DNA of 64,000 nt, taken from contig CBDIID010000003.1 in assembly GCA_965279515.1 (NCBI GenBank), positions 3,392,001 to 3,456,000 on the forward strand, written 5' to 3'. Source of the stretch: Turneriella sp. (GTDB taxonomy: Bacteria; Spirochaetota; Leptospiria; Turneriellales; Turneriellaceae). The position numbers and the translations under genes are program-made. Below are positions 1 to 8,651 of the stretch, in pieces; the first letter of the stretch is position 1; each line of letters starts with the position of its first letter. The notes beneath the pieces are model-generated. The model was not told the origin of the DNA and did no database searches. It saw only the letters and a list, made by a program, of their open reading frames with translations.

Positions 1-2
1 GC

Positions 3-611
3 GGCGAAAAAGCAAACGGCGACCGCCATATTCTCATCGTCGACGAGAAGAACTGCAAGCTCTATGAACTCTATGCCGCGCGCAAAAAAGGCAGCGCGTG
101 GAGCGCCGGCTCCGGGGCAATCTTTGACTTGAAATCGAATCAGCTGCGCCCCGACGGCTGGACATCCGCCGACGCAGCCGGATTACCCCTGTTGCCGGGC
201 CTCGCCCGCTACGAAGAGGTCGCCGCGGGGGAAATCACCCACGCGCTGCGCTTCACCGCACGCCGTACGCAAAAAGCCTATGTCTGGCCGGCGCGGCATT
301 TTGCCTCGCGCGTGACCGACAAGGCCGTGCCGCCTATGGGTATGCGCTTTCGCCTCAAGGCAAACTTCAAAATCGACGGTTTCAGCAAAGATACGCAGGT
401 GATTCTGCGTGCGCTGAAGAAATACGGTATGATTTTGGCCGATAACGGCTCTGACTGGTATATCTCGGGGGCGCCCGATGAAGGCTGGAATAACGACCGC
501 CTGAGGGAGCTGGGGCGCATTAAGGGTGAGGCTTTTGAGGCTGTGGATACGACTAGCCTTAGAAAGGAAGATGATTCTGCGGGGGTGAGTCCGGTTGGAA
601 TTAAGGACTAA
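3..611 (+). CDS. Conserved hypothetical protein, 5'-truncated by the window edge
   Basis: Frame is open from base 3 (GEKANGDRHILIVDEKNCKLYELY...). Contains the motifs WTSADAAGLP, HALRFT and LKKYGMILADNG typical of a widespread uncharacterised family. Confidence 0.75.
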   Translation, partial: GEKANGDRHILIVDEKNCKLYELYAARKKGSAWSAGSGAIFDLKSNQLRPDGWTSADAAGLPLLPGLARYEEVAAGEITHALRFTARRTQKAYVWPARHFASRVTDKAVPPMGMRFRLKANFKIDGFSKDTQVILRALKKYGMILADNGSDWYISGAPDEGWNNDRLRELGRIKGEAFEAVDTTSLRKEDDSAGVSPVGIKD

Positions 612-640
612 CCGAGCTAACGCAAGTGTGCGACAGGCTA

Positions 641-737
641 CAAAATGCCAAAATCCAAGAAAAGTTGCGCGATTTTTGGGGCAAAAATCGCTCCATGAAC
701 GGGCAAAGGCCCGCTTTTCTTGGATTTAGGCATTTTG
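641..737. repeat. 24-bp inverted repeat (1 mismatch) enclosing two internal hairpins; MITE-like or structured RNA
   Basis: 641-664 CAAAATGCCAAAATCCAAGAAAAG pairs with 714-737 CTTTTCTTGGATTTAGGCATTTTG; inner stems 669-678/682-691 and 700-704/709-713. Confidence 0.8.
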
Positions 738-788
738 CTCTATTGAGCTGGTGACTGAAGTTGTGGCCTGCCGCACACTTGCTAACAC

Positions 789-816
789 TTGACGCCTTGT
801 CTAAAACCCCTAAAAG
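789..816 (+). promoter_or_regulatory. Putative sigma70 promoter of rplS
   Basis: TTGACG (789-794), 16-nt spacer, TAAAAG (811-816); ATG at 822. Confidence 0.4.
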
Positions 817-821
817 GGCGG

Positions 822-1271
822 ATGCTGAATCAGATTCTTGAAAAACTGCACTACGACGTAGTCTCCAAGCCCGTAGACTTTTCCGTAGGCGACACAGTTA
901 AAGTCCACTACAAAATCAAAGAAGGCGCGAAAGAGCGTATCCAGGTCTATGAAGGCCTCGTGATCGCGATCCAGAACCAGGGTTCGGGCAAAACCTTCAC
1001 CGTGCGCCGCGTCAGTTTCGACGTCGGTGTAGAGCGTATTTTCCCTCTCTACGCGCCGACTGTCGACAAAGTCGAAAAAGTGCGCTCGAGCAAGGTTCGC
1101 CGCTCAAAACTCTATTACCTGCGCGACAAATCAGGTAAAGACAGCCGCCTCAAAGAAATCGTGCGTAAGCCCGTCAAAGACCCGCTCTTTGCCAAGGCCC
1201 AGGCATACAAGGCGTCTAAGCCCGCACCAGCAGCTCCGGCTCCCGTAGCTGAAGCCGCAACACCTGCGTAA
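822..1271 (+). CDS. rplS: 50S ribosomal protein L19
   Basis: [39 protein letters not shown]; Ala/Pro-rich C-terminal tail; ATG at 822 preferred. Confidence 0.97.
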   Translation: MLNQILEKLHYDVVSKPVDFSVGDTVKVHYKIKEGAKERIQVYEGLVIAIQNQGSGKTFTVRRVSFDVGVERIFPLYAPTVDKVEKVRSSKVRRSKLYYLRDKSGKDSRLKEIVRKPVKDPLFAKAQAYKASKPAPAAPAPVAEAATPA

Positions 1272-1305
1272 GCAAGGGGGATTAACCCCTGATGAGAACC
1301 GCGCC

Positions 1306-1956
1306 TTGGCGCGGTTTTTTTTTGAGCATAGCGGGATCTCCTACCGTGCCATCATCGGCGTCGACGAGGTCGGGCGCGGCGCCCTCTTTGGCCCCGTGAC
1401 CGTCGGGGCAGTGCTGCTCACCCCCGAAAAATGGGATGCCCTGCCGCAAGAAGAATGGTTCTCTTTAGTTAATGACTCGAAGCTCGTGAGCGAAAAGAAA
1501 CGCAATCTGCTCGCGCCGCTCATCGCCGCCGCGCTGCCCGGCGCCGTGTCGCACACCGCGGTGCGTTACATCGACGCGCACAACATCAACCGCGCGGTCG
1601 AGCGGGGTATCTACAAGGCAGTGCAGCGCCTGCTGTGCACATCGGGGATGCAACCCGGTGAAGTGCGGGTTCTCTTCGATGGCAAATCGATTCCCGCCTA
1701 TCCCCAGCTCGGCCTCACATCGCCCATGCCTCATCTCTCTGCCGAGATCAAGGCCGATCAGAAATATTTTCCTGTTTCGGCGGCGTCTATTCTCGCCAAG
1801 GTCGCCCGGGATGCGATGATAACGCGCGCGGCGCTGCGCTTTCCCGAATACGGCCTCGACGCCCACGCGGGTTATGGCACCGCTGTACATCGCTCAGCCA
1901 TAACGCGCTATGGCATGACAAAATTTCACCGCACTTCGTTTCGTCTGAAGGCTTAA
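1306..1956 (+). CDS. rnhB: Ribonuclease HII
   Basis: GVDEVGRG.LFGPV, DSK, AASILAKV.RD, GYGT..H motifs; follows rplS. Confidence 0.95.
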   Translation: MARFFFEHSGISYRAIIGVDEVGRGALFGPVTVGAVLLTPEKWDALPQEEWFSLVNDSKLVSEKKRNLLAPLIAAALPGAVSHTAVRYIDAHNINRAVERGIYKAVQRLLCTSGMQPGEVRVLFDGKSIPAYPQLGLTSPMPHLSAEIKADQKYFPVSAASILAKVARDAMITRAALRFPEYGLDAHAGYGTAVHRSAITRYGMTKFHRTSFRLKA

Positions 1957-2048
1957 CTGAAGGCAAATTATGTCACTAAGCGCATCGTGCTCAGACGCGG
2001 CCAATGCGTGAATCATTGTCGCCCTAAATCAACGCCCGAATACGCCGT

Positions 2049-2927
2049 ATGGCTGCGAACCCCATGCAGAAGATCTTGATCGCCGGTGGCGGTGCAATGG
2101 GGGCCGGCATCGCCTATATCTTTGCCCGCGCCTACCCGACAGCGCAGGTCGACGTCATGGACACCAATGAGAAGGTGCGCGCACAGGCGGCCGAGAGCAT
2201 CGAAAAGTGGTCCAAAAAAGATCGTGAGAAAGATGCTGAGGCCGGCAGAACGCCCATCGAAGTGGCGGGTCGCCTGAATGTTCTCGCCGGTTTCGGCAAA
2301 ACACAGCTCCAGTATGATCTCATGCTCGAAGCGGTAACCGAGAATCTCGAGCTCAAGAAAAAGATTTTCAACGAATTCGATCTGCGCGCCCACGAAGGAA
2401 CGCTCTTCGCGTCGAATACATCCTCCTTATCGATTACCGAACTTTCCACCGCAGTTAATCCCAAACGCCAGGGCCGGGTCGTCGGCCTGCATTTTTTTAA
2501 CCCGCCGCGCGTCATGAAGCTGCTTGAAATCATTTCCACCGAAGCCACCGAAGCGGCGGCTCTTGACCTTGCGCGCGACGTGGCGGCCAAGCTCGATAAG
2601 GTTTCGGTCATTTGTAAAGATGCACCGGGCTTTATCACTTCGCGCCTCGGTATTGTGCTCATCAATGAGGCGATCTTTGCGCTGCAAGAGGGACTCATGT
2701 CTGCGGAAGATATCGATACCTCGATGAAACTCGGTTACAATTTCCCGATGGGCCCGCTGGCCCTGGCGGATTTCATCGGTCTCGACGTCGTTTTTGCCGT
2801 GACGCAGACCCTGCACGATAACTACCAGGACTCCAAATACCGGCCCTGCATGCTGCTCAGAAAAAAAGTTGAAGCCGGCCATCTGGGACGCAAGACGGGC
2901 CGTGGCTTCTTTATCTATGCCGAATGA
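2049..2927 (+). CDS. 3-hydroxyacyl-CoA (3-hydroxybutyryl-CoA) dehydrogenase
   Basis: GGGAMGAGIA Rossmann motif, EAVTE, ASNTSSL, GLHFFNP, PMGP..L.D.IGLD, G.LGRKTG.GF. Confidence 0.92.
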   Translation: MAANPMQKILIAGGGAMGAGIAYIFARAYPTAQVDVMDTNEKVRAQAAESIEKWSKKDREKDAEAGRTPIEVAGRLNVLAGFGKTQLQYDLMLEAVTENLELKKKIFNEFDLRAHEGTLFASNTSSLSITELSTAVNPKRQGRVVGLHFFNPPRVMKLLEIISTEATEAAALDLARDVAAKLDKVSVICKDAPGFITSRLGIVLINEAIFALQEGLMSAEDIDTSMKLGYNFPMGPLALADFIGLDVVFAVTQTLHDNYQDSKYRPCMLLRKKVEAGHLGRKTGRGFFIYAE

Positions 2928-3396
2928 CGCGGCGCTCGTCGCCGAGTTCCGCGCGAAACCGTTAAATCAGCTCGAAACAATTTTTATGGGTGCTGCGCCG
3001 CTGGCTTACCCTGCCCCCGGCAATTATGCCGGTACCTGGCTGAAACGTATTGAGAACTCCGGAACATATAAGCCGTTCAACCTCATTTCGCAGTGGCTCA
3101 TGTTTGAAATTACGCCGTTCGGCATTACCTTTAACGCCGATGCCACCGGCATCTGGTATTTTTTTAATCCTTCCCTGGCCGCGGGTAATTTTTCCATGGT
3201 GAACGGGCCATCGATGTGGCGCGATACGAAGGCCGTGGCGCTGAATTATGAAACCGCGAAACTACCCGGGTTCATTAAAGGCATTCTGTACGACGAAGTG
3301 AAGCCACTCAGCGAAAACCATGCGCTGGGTATCGGCGGCTTTAAAGGGCCGGCGGGCGACGGTGATAATTTTTTCTTTTTACTAACGCGTGTGTAG
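2917..3396 (+). CDS. Hypothetical protein
   Basis: ATG at 2917 overlaps the upstream stop; ends ...YDEVKPL....LG.G...FFFLL. Confidence 0.7.
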   Translation: MPNDAALVAEFRAKPLNQLETIFMGAAPLAYPAPGNYAGTWLKRIENSGTYKPFNLISQWLMFEITPFGITFNADATGIWYFFNPSLAAGNFSMVNGPSMWRDTKAVALNYETAKLPGFIKGILYDEVKPLSENHALGIGGFKGPAGDGDNFFFLLTRV

Positions 3397-3399
3397 CGT

Positions 3400-3477
3400 C
3401 GCCCCTATCCCCAACCCTTCCCCCAAGTCTGGGGGAAGGGAGTACGTATCTCCCCCTCGCCAAACGGGGGTGGGGCG
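3400..3477. repeat. Palindromic C/G-rich repeat, doublet with truncated second arm
   Basis: Stem CCCTTCCCCCA-AGTC-TGGGGGAAGGG (3415-3440); 28 nt identical to 52470-52497; inverted termini CGCCCC/GGGGCG. Confidence 0.85.
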
Positions 3478-4899
3478 TTGTTAATCGCCGGGGTTTGTCT
3501 ATACCTCGCCGCAACTTTACTCGTCGGGTTTATCGCTGCGCGGCGCGTCAAAGACAACCGCGACTTTGCACTCGCCGGTAAAAACCTCGGAGTTTTCATG
3601 GCGACGTCGACGGTGTTCGCCACCTGGTTCGGGTCAGAGACCGTACTGGGTTCTTCGGCGAACTTTGTGCGCGATGGTTTTCACGGGGTGATTGAAGAGC
3701 CGTTTGGCGCGGCGCTTTGCCTGATTCTTGTCGGCGCAATTTTTGCCCGCAAACTCTATGCGATGAACCTCACCACCTTCGGCGACTTTTTCCGCGTGCG
3801 CTTCGGTGTTGCCGCCGAGATTGTTTCGTCGGTGCTGCTGGCATTTTCGTATGTCAGCTGGGTCGCCGCGCAGTTCATCGCACTCGGTATCGTCATGCAT
3901 ACGATCACCGGCATTTCCCTCGAATGGGCGATCGCCATCATGGCAGCGATGGTGACGCTCTATACGACGATGGGGGGCATGTGGGCGGTCTCTCTCACCG
4001 ATACGCTGCAGACGACGCTCATCGTGCTGGGTCTCGTCGCCGTGTTTTTCATCCTCATGCCGCAGGCGGGGGGATGGTCCGCGGTGCTGAGCCATGCACC
4101 CGCAACCCATTTCTCACTCATACCGCCGGGCAAAGTGAACTGGTGGAACTATGCGGCACTCTGGATGGTACTGGGGCTGGGCTCTGTGCCGGGCCAGGAT
4201 GTTTTCCAGCGCGTGATGTCGTCGAAATCAGGCAAGGTTGCCGTTACTTCTTCTATTACAGCGGGTTTTCTCTATCTGACCATCGCCATGATTCCCCTGT
4301 TTCTGGGCCTCGTTGCGGTCGCAATGCTGGCTAAGGGAGATCTGCCGCAGGACATGCAGCACCTGCTGCCGCAGTTGATTCTGATGAAGACGCCGGTCGT
4401 CGTGCAGATCATCTTTTTTGGCGCATTGATTTCGGCGATTTTGAGCACGGCGAGCGGGGCGCTTTTGGCGCCGTCGGTACTCATGAGTGAAAACCTGCTG
4501 CGCAAGATTTTTCCCCAGGAAAAGTGGCTGCTGCTGCTGTCGCGGCTCAGCACGGTCGCCATCGCGCTCTGGGCGCTGCAGATGGCCTTCGCCAACCGCC
4601 ATATCCATAACCTTGTGACGGAATCTTCGGCGATTGGTCTTGTCGCATTGCTGACACCCTTTCTCGTCGGGTTCTTCACGCCCAGCCGCAGCCCTTATCC
4701 GGCGGTGGCAAGCATGCTCACGGGATTTCTGGTTTGGAAATTCTGGCTGGAAATAGGCGGTTTATTCAAAATCAAACCTGAAGATTTTCCAGCGGTACTG
4801 GCGGGATTAACGGCGAGTGTTTCGCCCTATATCGTATTCTTTGTGATTTCTTGGATCCGACGCACCCCACCCCGGCCTTCGGCCACCCCTCCCCACTAA
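3478..4899 (+). CDS. Sodium:solute symporter (SSS family)
   Basis: DFALAG, ATWFGSETVLG, YT..GGMWAV..TD.LQ, QD.FQR..S, SAILSTASG; many TM helices. Confidence 0.92.
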   Translation: MLIAGVCLYLAATLLVGFIAARRVKDNRDFALAGKNLGVFMATSTVFATWFGSETVLGSSANFVRDGFHGVIEEPFGAALCLILVGAIFARKLYAMNLTTFGDFFRVRFGVAAEIVSSVLLAFSYVSWVAAQFIALGIVMHTITGISLEWAIAIMAAMVTLYTTMGGMWAVSLTDTLQTTLIVLGLVAVFFILMPQAGGWSAVLSHAPATHFSLIPPGKVNWWNYAALWMVLGLGSVPGQDVFQRVMSSKSGKVAVTSSITAGFLYLTIAMIPLFLGLVAVAMLAKGDLPQDMQHLLPQLILMKTPVVVQIIFFGALISAILSTASGALLAPSVLMSENLLRKIFPQEKWLLLLSRLSTVAIALWALQMAFANRHIHNLVTESSAIGLVALLTPFLVGFFTPSRSPYPAVASMLTGFLVWKFWLEIGGLFKIKPEDFPAVLAGLTASVSPYIVFFVISWIRRTPPRPSATPPH

Positions 4900-4912
4900 C
4901 GTGGAGAGGGGG
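4864..4912. repeat. Palindromic C/G-rich repeat with extra GGCC-TTC-GGCC hairpin; overlaps the SSS gene stop
   Basis: ACCCCACCCCGGCCTTCGGCCACCCCTCCCCAC-TAAC-GTGGAGAGGGG; TAA 4897-4899 lies in the loop. Confidence 0.8.
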
Positions 4913-4924
4913 TTGGCGTGCCGG

Positions 4925-5452
4925 TCAAAACATATTCATGATATACCATTTTCCGTCGCGCTTGCGGAAAATGGGATTGCCCATGAGACCCATGCTCGGC
5001 CTGTTTTTGAAGTCGAGCCGCACTTCGCATTCCGTAGCCGAATAATAAAAAATTCCGACGCGGACTTCTCCCGCGCTGCCAAAAACTTTGCGGTAGCTGC
5101 GGATGTTGTCCCGCGGCGCGGTCTCTTTCCAGTAGGCATCGTCCCAGAACACGCGGTAGAGCTGCGCCTTGGGGTTCGTCAGGGCGGTTGCGACCTGTTC
5201 ATAGGGCACGAAGGCCTTCGCGTCGATGATTGTTCCTTCTTTGGCATTGACATATTTCAGAATCTGCTCGGGTTTTTCTTCGACTATCGCTGTCACAATT
5301 TCTTCCAGTGCTGCGAGAATTTTAGGGTTCTCAGCCGCCGCCATGGTTTCATCGGCAGTGCTCAGGAAAAAATGTCCCTGCATGGCAAACGTGGGCGGTT
5401 TCGTGCAACAGGCCAGCAGCAGGGTAAATAGCAGCGCGGCGAAAAGTTTCAA
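4925..5452 (-). CDS. Hypothetical lipoprotein
   Basis: Signal peptide MKLFAALLFTLLLAC; 4-nt overlap with the upstream gene. Confidence 0.7.
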   Translation of the reverse strand: MKLFAALLFTLLLACCTKPPTFAMQGHFFLSTADETMAAAENPKILAALEEIVTAIVEEKPEQILKYVNAKEGTIIDAKAFVPYEQVATALTNPKAQLYRVFWDDAYWKETAPRDNIRSYRKVFGSAGEVRVGIFYYSATECEVRLDFKNRPSMGLMGNPIFRKRDGKWYIMNMF

Positions 5453-6873
5453 GCCTGCACCTGTTCCATGACGGCTGCGAGAGCATTCGGTCTCATCAAC
5501 CGGTAGCGTGGCGCTGTCAGCACCGAAGTAAATCCGCCACGCGCCGCGAGCGTTTGAAAACGGATAAAACCATGAGCACTGCAGGCAGAGAGACGCACAC
5601 CATTTGCAGAGATGGCCTTCATGATGCCTGCGGGAAAGATCGCCGCCGCCTTGAGCTCGGGTGAACTCATGAGGCTGACCAGTTGCGGTTCATCGCCGAT
5701 TTCGAGTATCGTCGTTGCGGCGCGTTCGGGCAGGTTCTTCACACGGTTCAAAACCGAGCGTTCACCGAAGAACGACGTCTTGGGATAATACGGCCTGAGG
5801 CGTTTTTGCAGCGCGTTGAGTGCGCGTTCGGCGTCGGCATCGGTGAGGTTCGCATAGCGTGAGAACAAGTCGAACCCCGTGTGGCAATGCAGATGGGCCG
5901 GCAGGTTTTCACGGCCGCCGATGACGAGCCGCGTCGCCCCATGTGTCTTCAGCACAAAATCGGCCAGCGCCGCAACGGCAGGCGTAGCCTGCTGCCATTC
6001 CTCAAGATTCCGCTTTACGGAAAAAAAATCGGTCAGAACGGGCAGGTAGGGCTCGCGGCCTTTTTTCATGAGCACCGTGTGCGTGCCCTGCGCATGCCGC
6101 AAAAGCGCCGCCACCTCGCCCTTGTAATTACCGGGGCAGACGGCGTAGTTTACATGTGCATTCGCGCTCAGCCAGGCGCTGCGGAAGCGGCCGGAATAAA
6201 AAACGAGGTTTTCAAAGTCGGCGTCGAGAAAACCGCAGAGGCGAGTCATTTCGGCGTCGTCGAAGGGGCGAAGGCTCGAGGCCTGTAAATTCAGGTATGA
6301 CAGGTTGCGGTTGAGGGTAACAATGGCTTTCGTCAGATCTGCCTTGAAGGTCGAGGGCTTCTGCAGCTGTTCGGTGAGCAACTTGGGCGGCTCCGGAAAG
6401 GTAATCAGCGGAAAGACAAATTGATTCTGCGGGTCTGCGTCGATGAGCAGTGTCTTTGCCCCCGCCTGGGCGATTTGCGCGGCGATGAAAATCGCCAGGT
6501 TCGCCGCTTCCATTCCGGGAATATCACTGGTCACGTGCGTGATATGCGCAGGCGTCACATCGCCCACGATGCGATAGTGTTCCGATTCAGCGATATTGCG
6601 GTAAGCGCGGAACAGGGCGCGGTTCTGCGCGAGAAACTGGGCGAGATCCTCGCTCTTGACATGGACCCTGTTCTCTTCGGTTCCCGTTACGCCTTTTTCT
6701 GTTTCCAGAAAGGGGATTGCCCCCTGCAATGAATTGACACCTGTTTCATTCGAGAAAACTGCTGAAACGGCCTCACCGGGCAACGGTTCGTTCTGCCAGG
6801 GCAGCTCCCTAAGCGTGGTGAGCTCTTCGCGCCGTATTGCCGCAAAGAGTCCGGCAAAATCGACAGCAGCCAT
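5449..6873 (-). CDS. Hypothetical protein with degenerate ParA/MinD-like region and possible degenerate patatin-like C-terminus
   Basis: AQAGAKTLLIDADPQ motif with no Walker A upstream; operonic spacing. Confidence 0.6.
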   Translation of the reverse strand: MAAVDFAGLFAAIRREELTTLRELPWQNEPLPGEAVSAVFSNETGVNSLQGAIPFLETEKGVTGTEENRVHVKSEDLAQFLAQNRALFRAYRNIAESEHYRIVGDVTPAHITHVTSDIPGMEAANLAIFIAAQIAQAGAKTLLIDADPQNQFVFPLITFPEPPKLLTEQLQKPSTFKADLTKAIVTLNRNLSYLNLQASSLRPFDDAEMTRLCGFLDADFENLVFYSGRFRSAWLSANAHVNYAVCPGNYKGEVAALLRHAQGTHTVLMKKGREPYLPVLTDFFSVKRNLEEWQQATPAVAALADFVLKTHGATRLVIGGRENLPAHLHCHTGFDLFSRYANLTDADAERALNALQKRLRPYYPKTSFFGERSVLNRVKNLPERAATTILEIGDEPQLVSLMSSPELKAAAIFPAGIMKAISANGVRLSACSAHGFIRFQTLAARGGFTSVLTAPRYRLMRPNALAAVMEQVQA

Positions 6874-6874
6874 T

Positions 6875-8233
6875 TTAGATAGCGCGGAGCAGCGCGATCA
6901 GTTGTTTGCGGTCATAGAGCTCGATCGGGCGTGACTGAATAAAGGCATGTGCCTGGCTCGAGAATTCCGACGTGCTGATGCAGGCGCCCTTGTTGGCGCC
7001 TTTGGTGCGCATCTCTTCGTGCAGCTGCCGCACCGTGCGCTCGGGAATCATGTCGGTGGTACGCAGAATATAGATCAGGCGGTTGGATTTTTTACTGTTG
7101 CGACGGTTGCCTTCTTCTTCGGTTGCAAGAATATGCACTTCGGAGTCGTCGACGACGTTGAGGTCTACAACCTTGAATGTCATGGCCTCGACGATGGCCC
7201 GTGTCTGCGCCTCAAACTTACCGGGCGGCGCGATCATGAAGTCTTTAATTGTATCGTCGGTGCGGAACTCTTCGTATGCCTTGAGCTTTTCCTGGACGTC
7301 GCGGAATTTTGCGTTCACATCAGTGATACGTTCCCAGTTCGAGATTGCCGTATGGAAGTCGCGTTTGCGCTCGGCGCAGGCGGCGATCGCATAACGCAGG
7401 TTGAGTTCGAGATCTGAACCTTTGGGTGCGGTCAGCAGTCCCTTTTCGAGTTCAACCTGCGCCGTGGGTAATTGCCCTTTTTCCATGAGCGACAAACCCT
7501 TGGCGAGCAGTGAACGGCCTTTCAAATTCTCGTCTTTGCTGGAGAGTTCGAATTCCTTAATCGCCCAGTCATAGTCCTTCTGGTTCTTGAGGCACATGCC
7601 GAGGTAATAGTGCGCGCTGTGCAGGCTGGCGTTCAGTTTCACTGCTTCGGTGAGCGCCAGCTTCGCGTCATTGATATTGCCAAAATTGTATTCAATCGTG
7701 CCGATATGTGCGAAAGAATCCGCGTGGTTGGGTTTTAGTTTTGCCGACTGCTTGAAATAAGGCAGTGCCTTGTCGTTGAGCCCGGCTGTTTCGAAGAGAA
7801 TTCCCACCTGGTAGAAATTTTCGTTGTTGGCCCCGTCGAGCCGCGTCAGAATCAGGTATTCTTTTTTCGCCTCGTCGTAGTTGCGGTTCTGCATGTAGAT
7901 TTTCGCGAGCCGGCTTCTGACGATGCCTTCTTTTACCTGCGGGCTCCACTTGCTGATCTTGATCACCTGCCGGTATTCGTTGGCAGCTGCCTGTAAATCA
8001 TTTTGTTTCGAATGGGCCTCGCCGAGTAAAAAATGCAGATAGGGGTCGCGCTCATTCTCTTCGATCATTTTCGTGAGTTTAGAAATGGCGGGGCCGACAT
8101 GGCCCTGGCGTATCATTTCGGCAAGTTCTTCGACGCGTTTGGGTACGAGATAGGTACGTACAACGTAGTATGCGAAGATGCCGACAACACCCGCAATACC
8201 GCCCAAAAGCAGTATACTGACAAGATCATCCAT
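6875..8233 (-). CDS. Membrane-anchored TPR protein with C-terminal Mrr-like restriction endonuclease fold
   Basis: N-terminal TM; multiple TPRs; C-terminal FE...I..M.F ... KG.CISTSEFS.QA ... IELYD..L. Confidence 0.8.
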   Translation of the reverse strand: MDDLVSILLLGGIAGVVGIFAYYVVRTYLVPKRVEELAEMIRQGHVGPAISKLTKMIEENERDPYLHFLLGEAHSKQNDLQAAANEYRQVIKISKWSPQVKEGIVRSRLAKIYMQNRNYDEAKKEYLILTRLDGANNENFYQVGILFETAGLNDKALPYFKQSAKLKPNHADSFAHIGTIEYNFGNINDAKLALTEAVKLNASLHSAHYYLGMCLKNQKDYDWAIKEFELSSKDENLKGRSLLAKGLSLMEKGQLPTAQVELEKGLLTAPKGSDLELNLRYAIAACAERKRDFHTAISNWERITDVNAKFRDVQEKLKAYEEFRTDDTIKDFMIAPPGKFEAQTRAIVEAMTFKVVDLNVVDDSEVHILATEEEGNRRNSKKSNRLIYILRTTDMIPERTVRQLHEEMRTKGANKGACISTSEFSSQAHAFIQSRPIELYDRKQLIALLRAI

Positions 8234-8234
8234 G

Positions 8235-8618
8235 CTATGAATTCAGTTTTTCGCCGGCAGCGATGCGTTGTCCCTTCAGGCGTTTGTTCTCAATTTCGAG
8301 TTCTTTGATACGCGTCAGCGCGTCTAAAAGTTCATCGCGGCTCATTTTCGATACACTCTCCGAAGCTTGTACAGTTTCTTTGGCGGTGATGAGTTCGTCG
8401 TGGGTCAGGCCCGACAACTTTTCCTTGGCCTTTTGTTCTTCGCGCGCTTCCATTAGCTCGATGCGGCTGTATTCGATAATACGTTCGTACATAGCCACCA
8501 TCTGCTCGAGCTGGTTGATCTCTTCGTCGTTCAGCCGCACCACGGTTTCATAACCGCGCAGCGTCTGTCTTAAAGAAGCATTTTCGCGCTTGAGGGCCTC
8601 AAGATCAGCGACATCCAT
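8235..8618 (-). CDS. Coiled-coil hypothetical protein
   Basis: E/K/L-rich with 21-residue periodicity; 1-nt gap to the next gene. Confidence 0.75.
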   Translation of the reverse strand: MDVADLEALKRENASLRQTLRGYETVVRLNDEEINQLEQMVAMYERIIEYSRIELMEAREEQKAKEKLSGLTHDELITAKETVQASESVSKMSRDELLDALTRIKELEIENKRLKGQRIAAGEKLNS

Positions 8619-8651
8619 GTGTAGTCTCGTAAGGGGATGCGTTTTAATCCG

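Noticed and set aside
1275..1290. AGGGG-GATTAA-CCCCT hairpin after rplS as a member of the repeat family or a terminator
   Set aside because: Only a 5-bp stem with no U-tract; too short to assign
6875..8233. Active type IV restriction or anti-phage defence system
   Set aside because: Catalytic residues appear absent and the context is housekeeping, not a defence island
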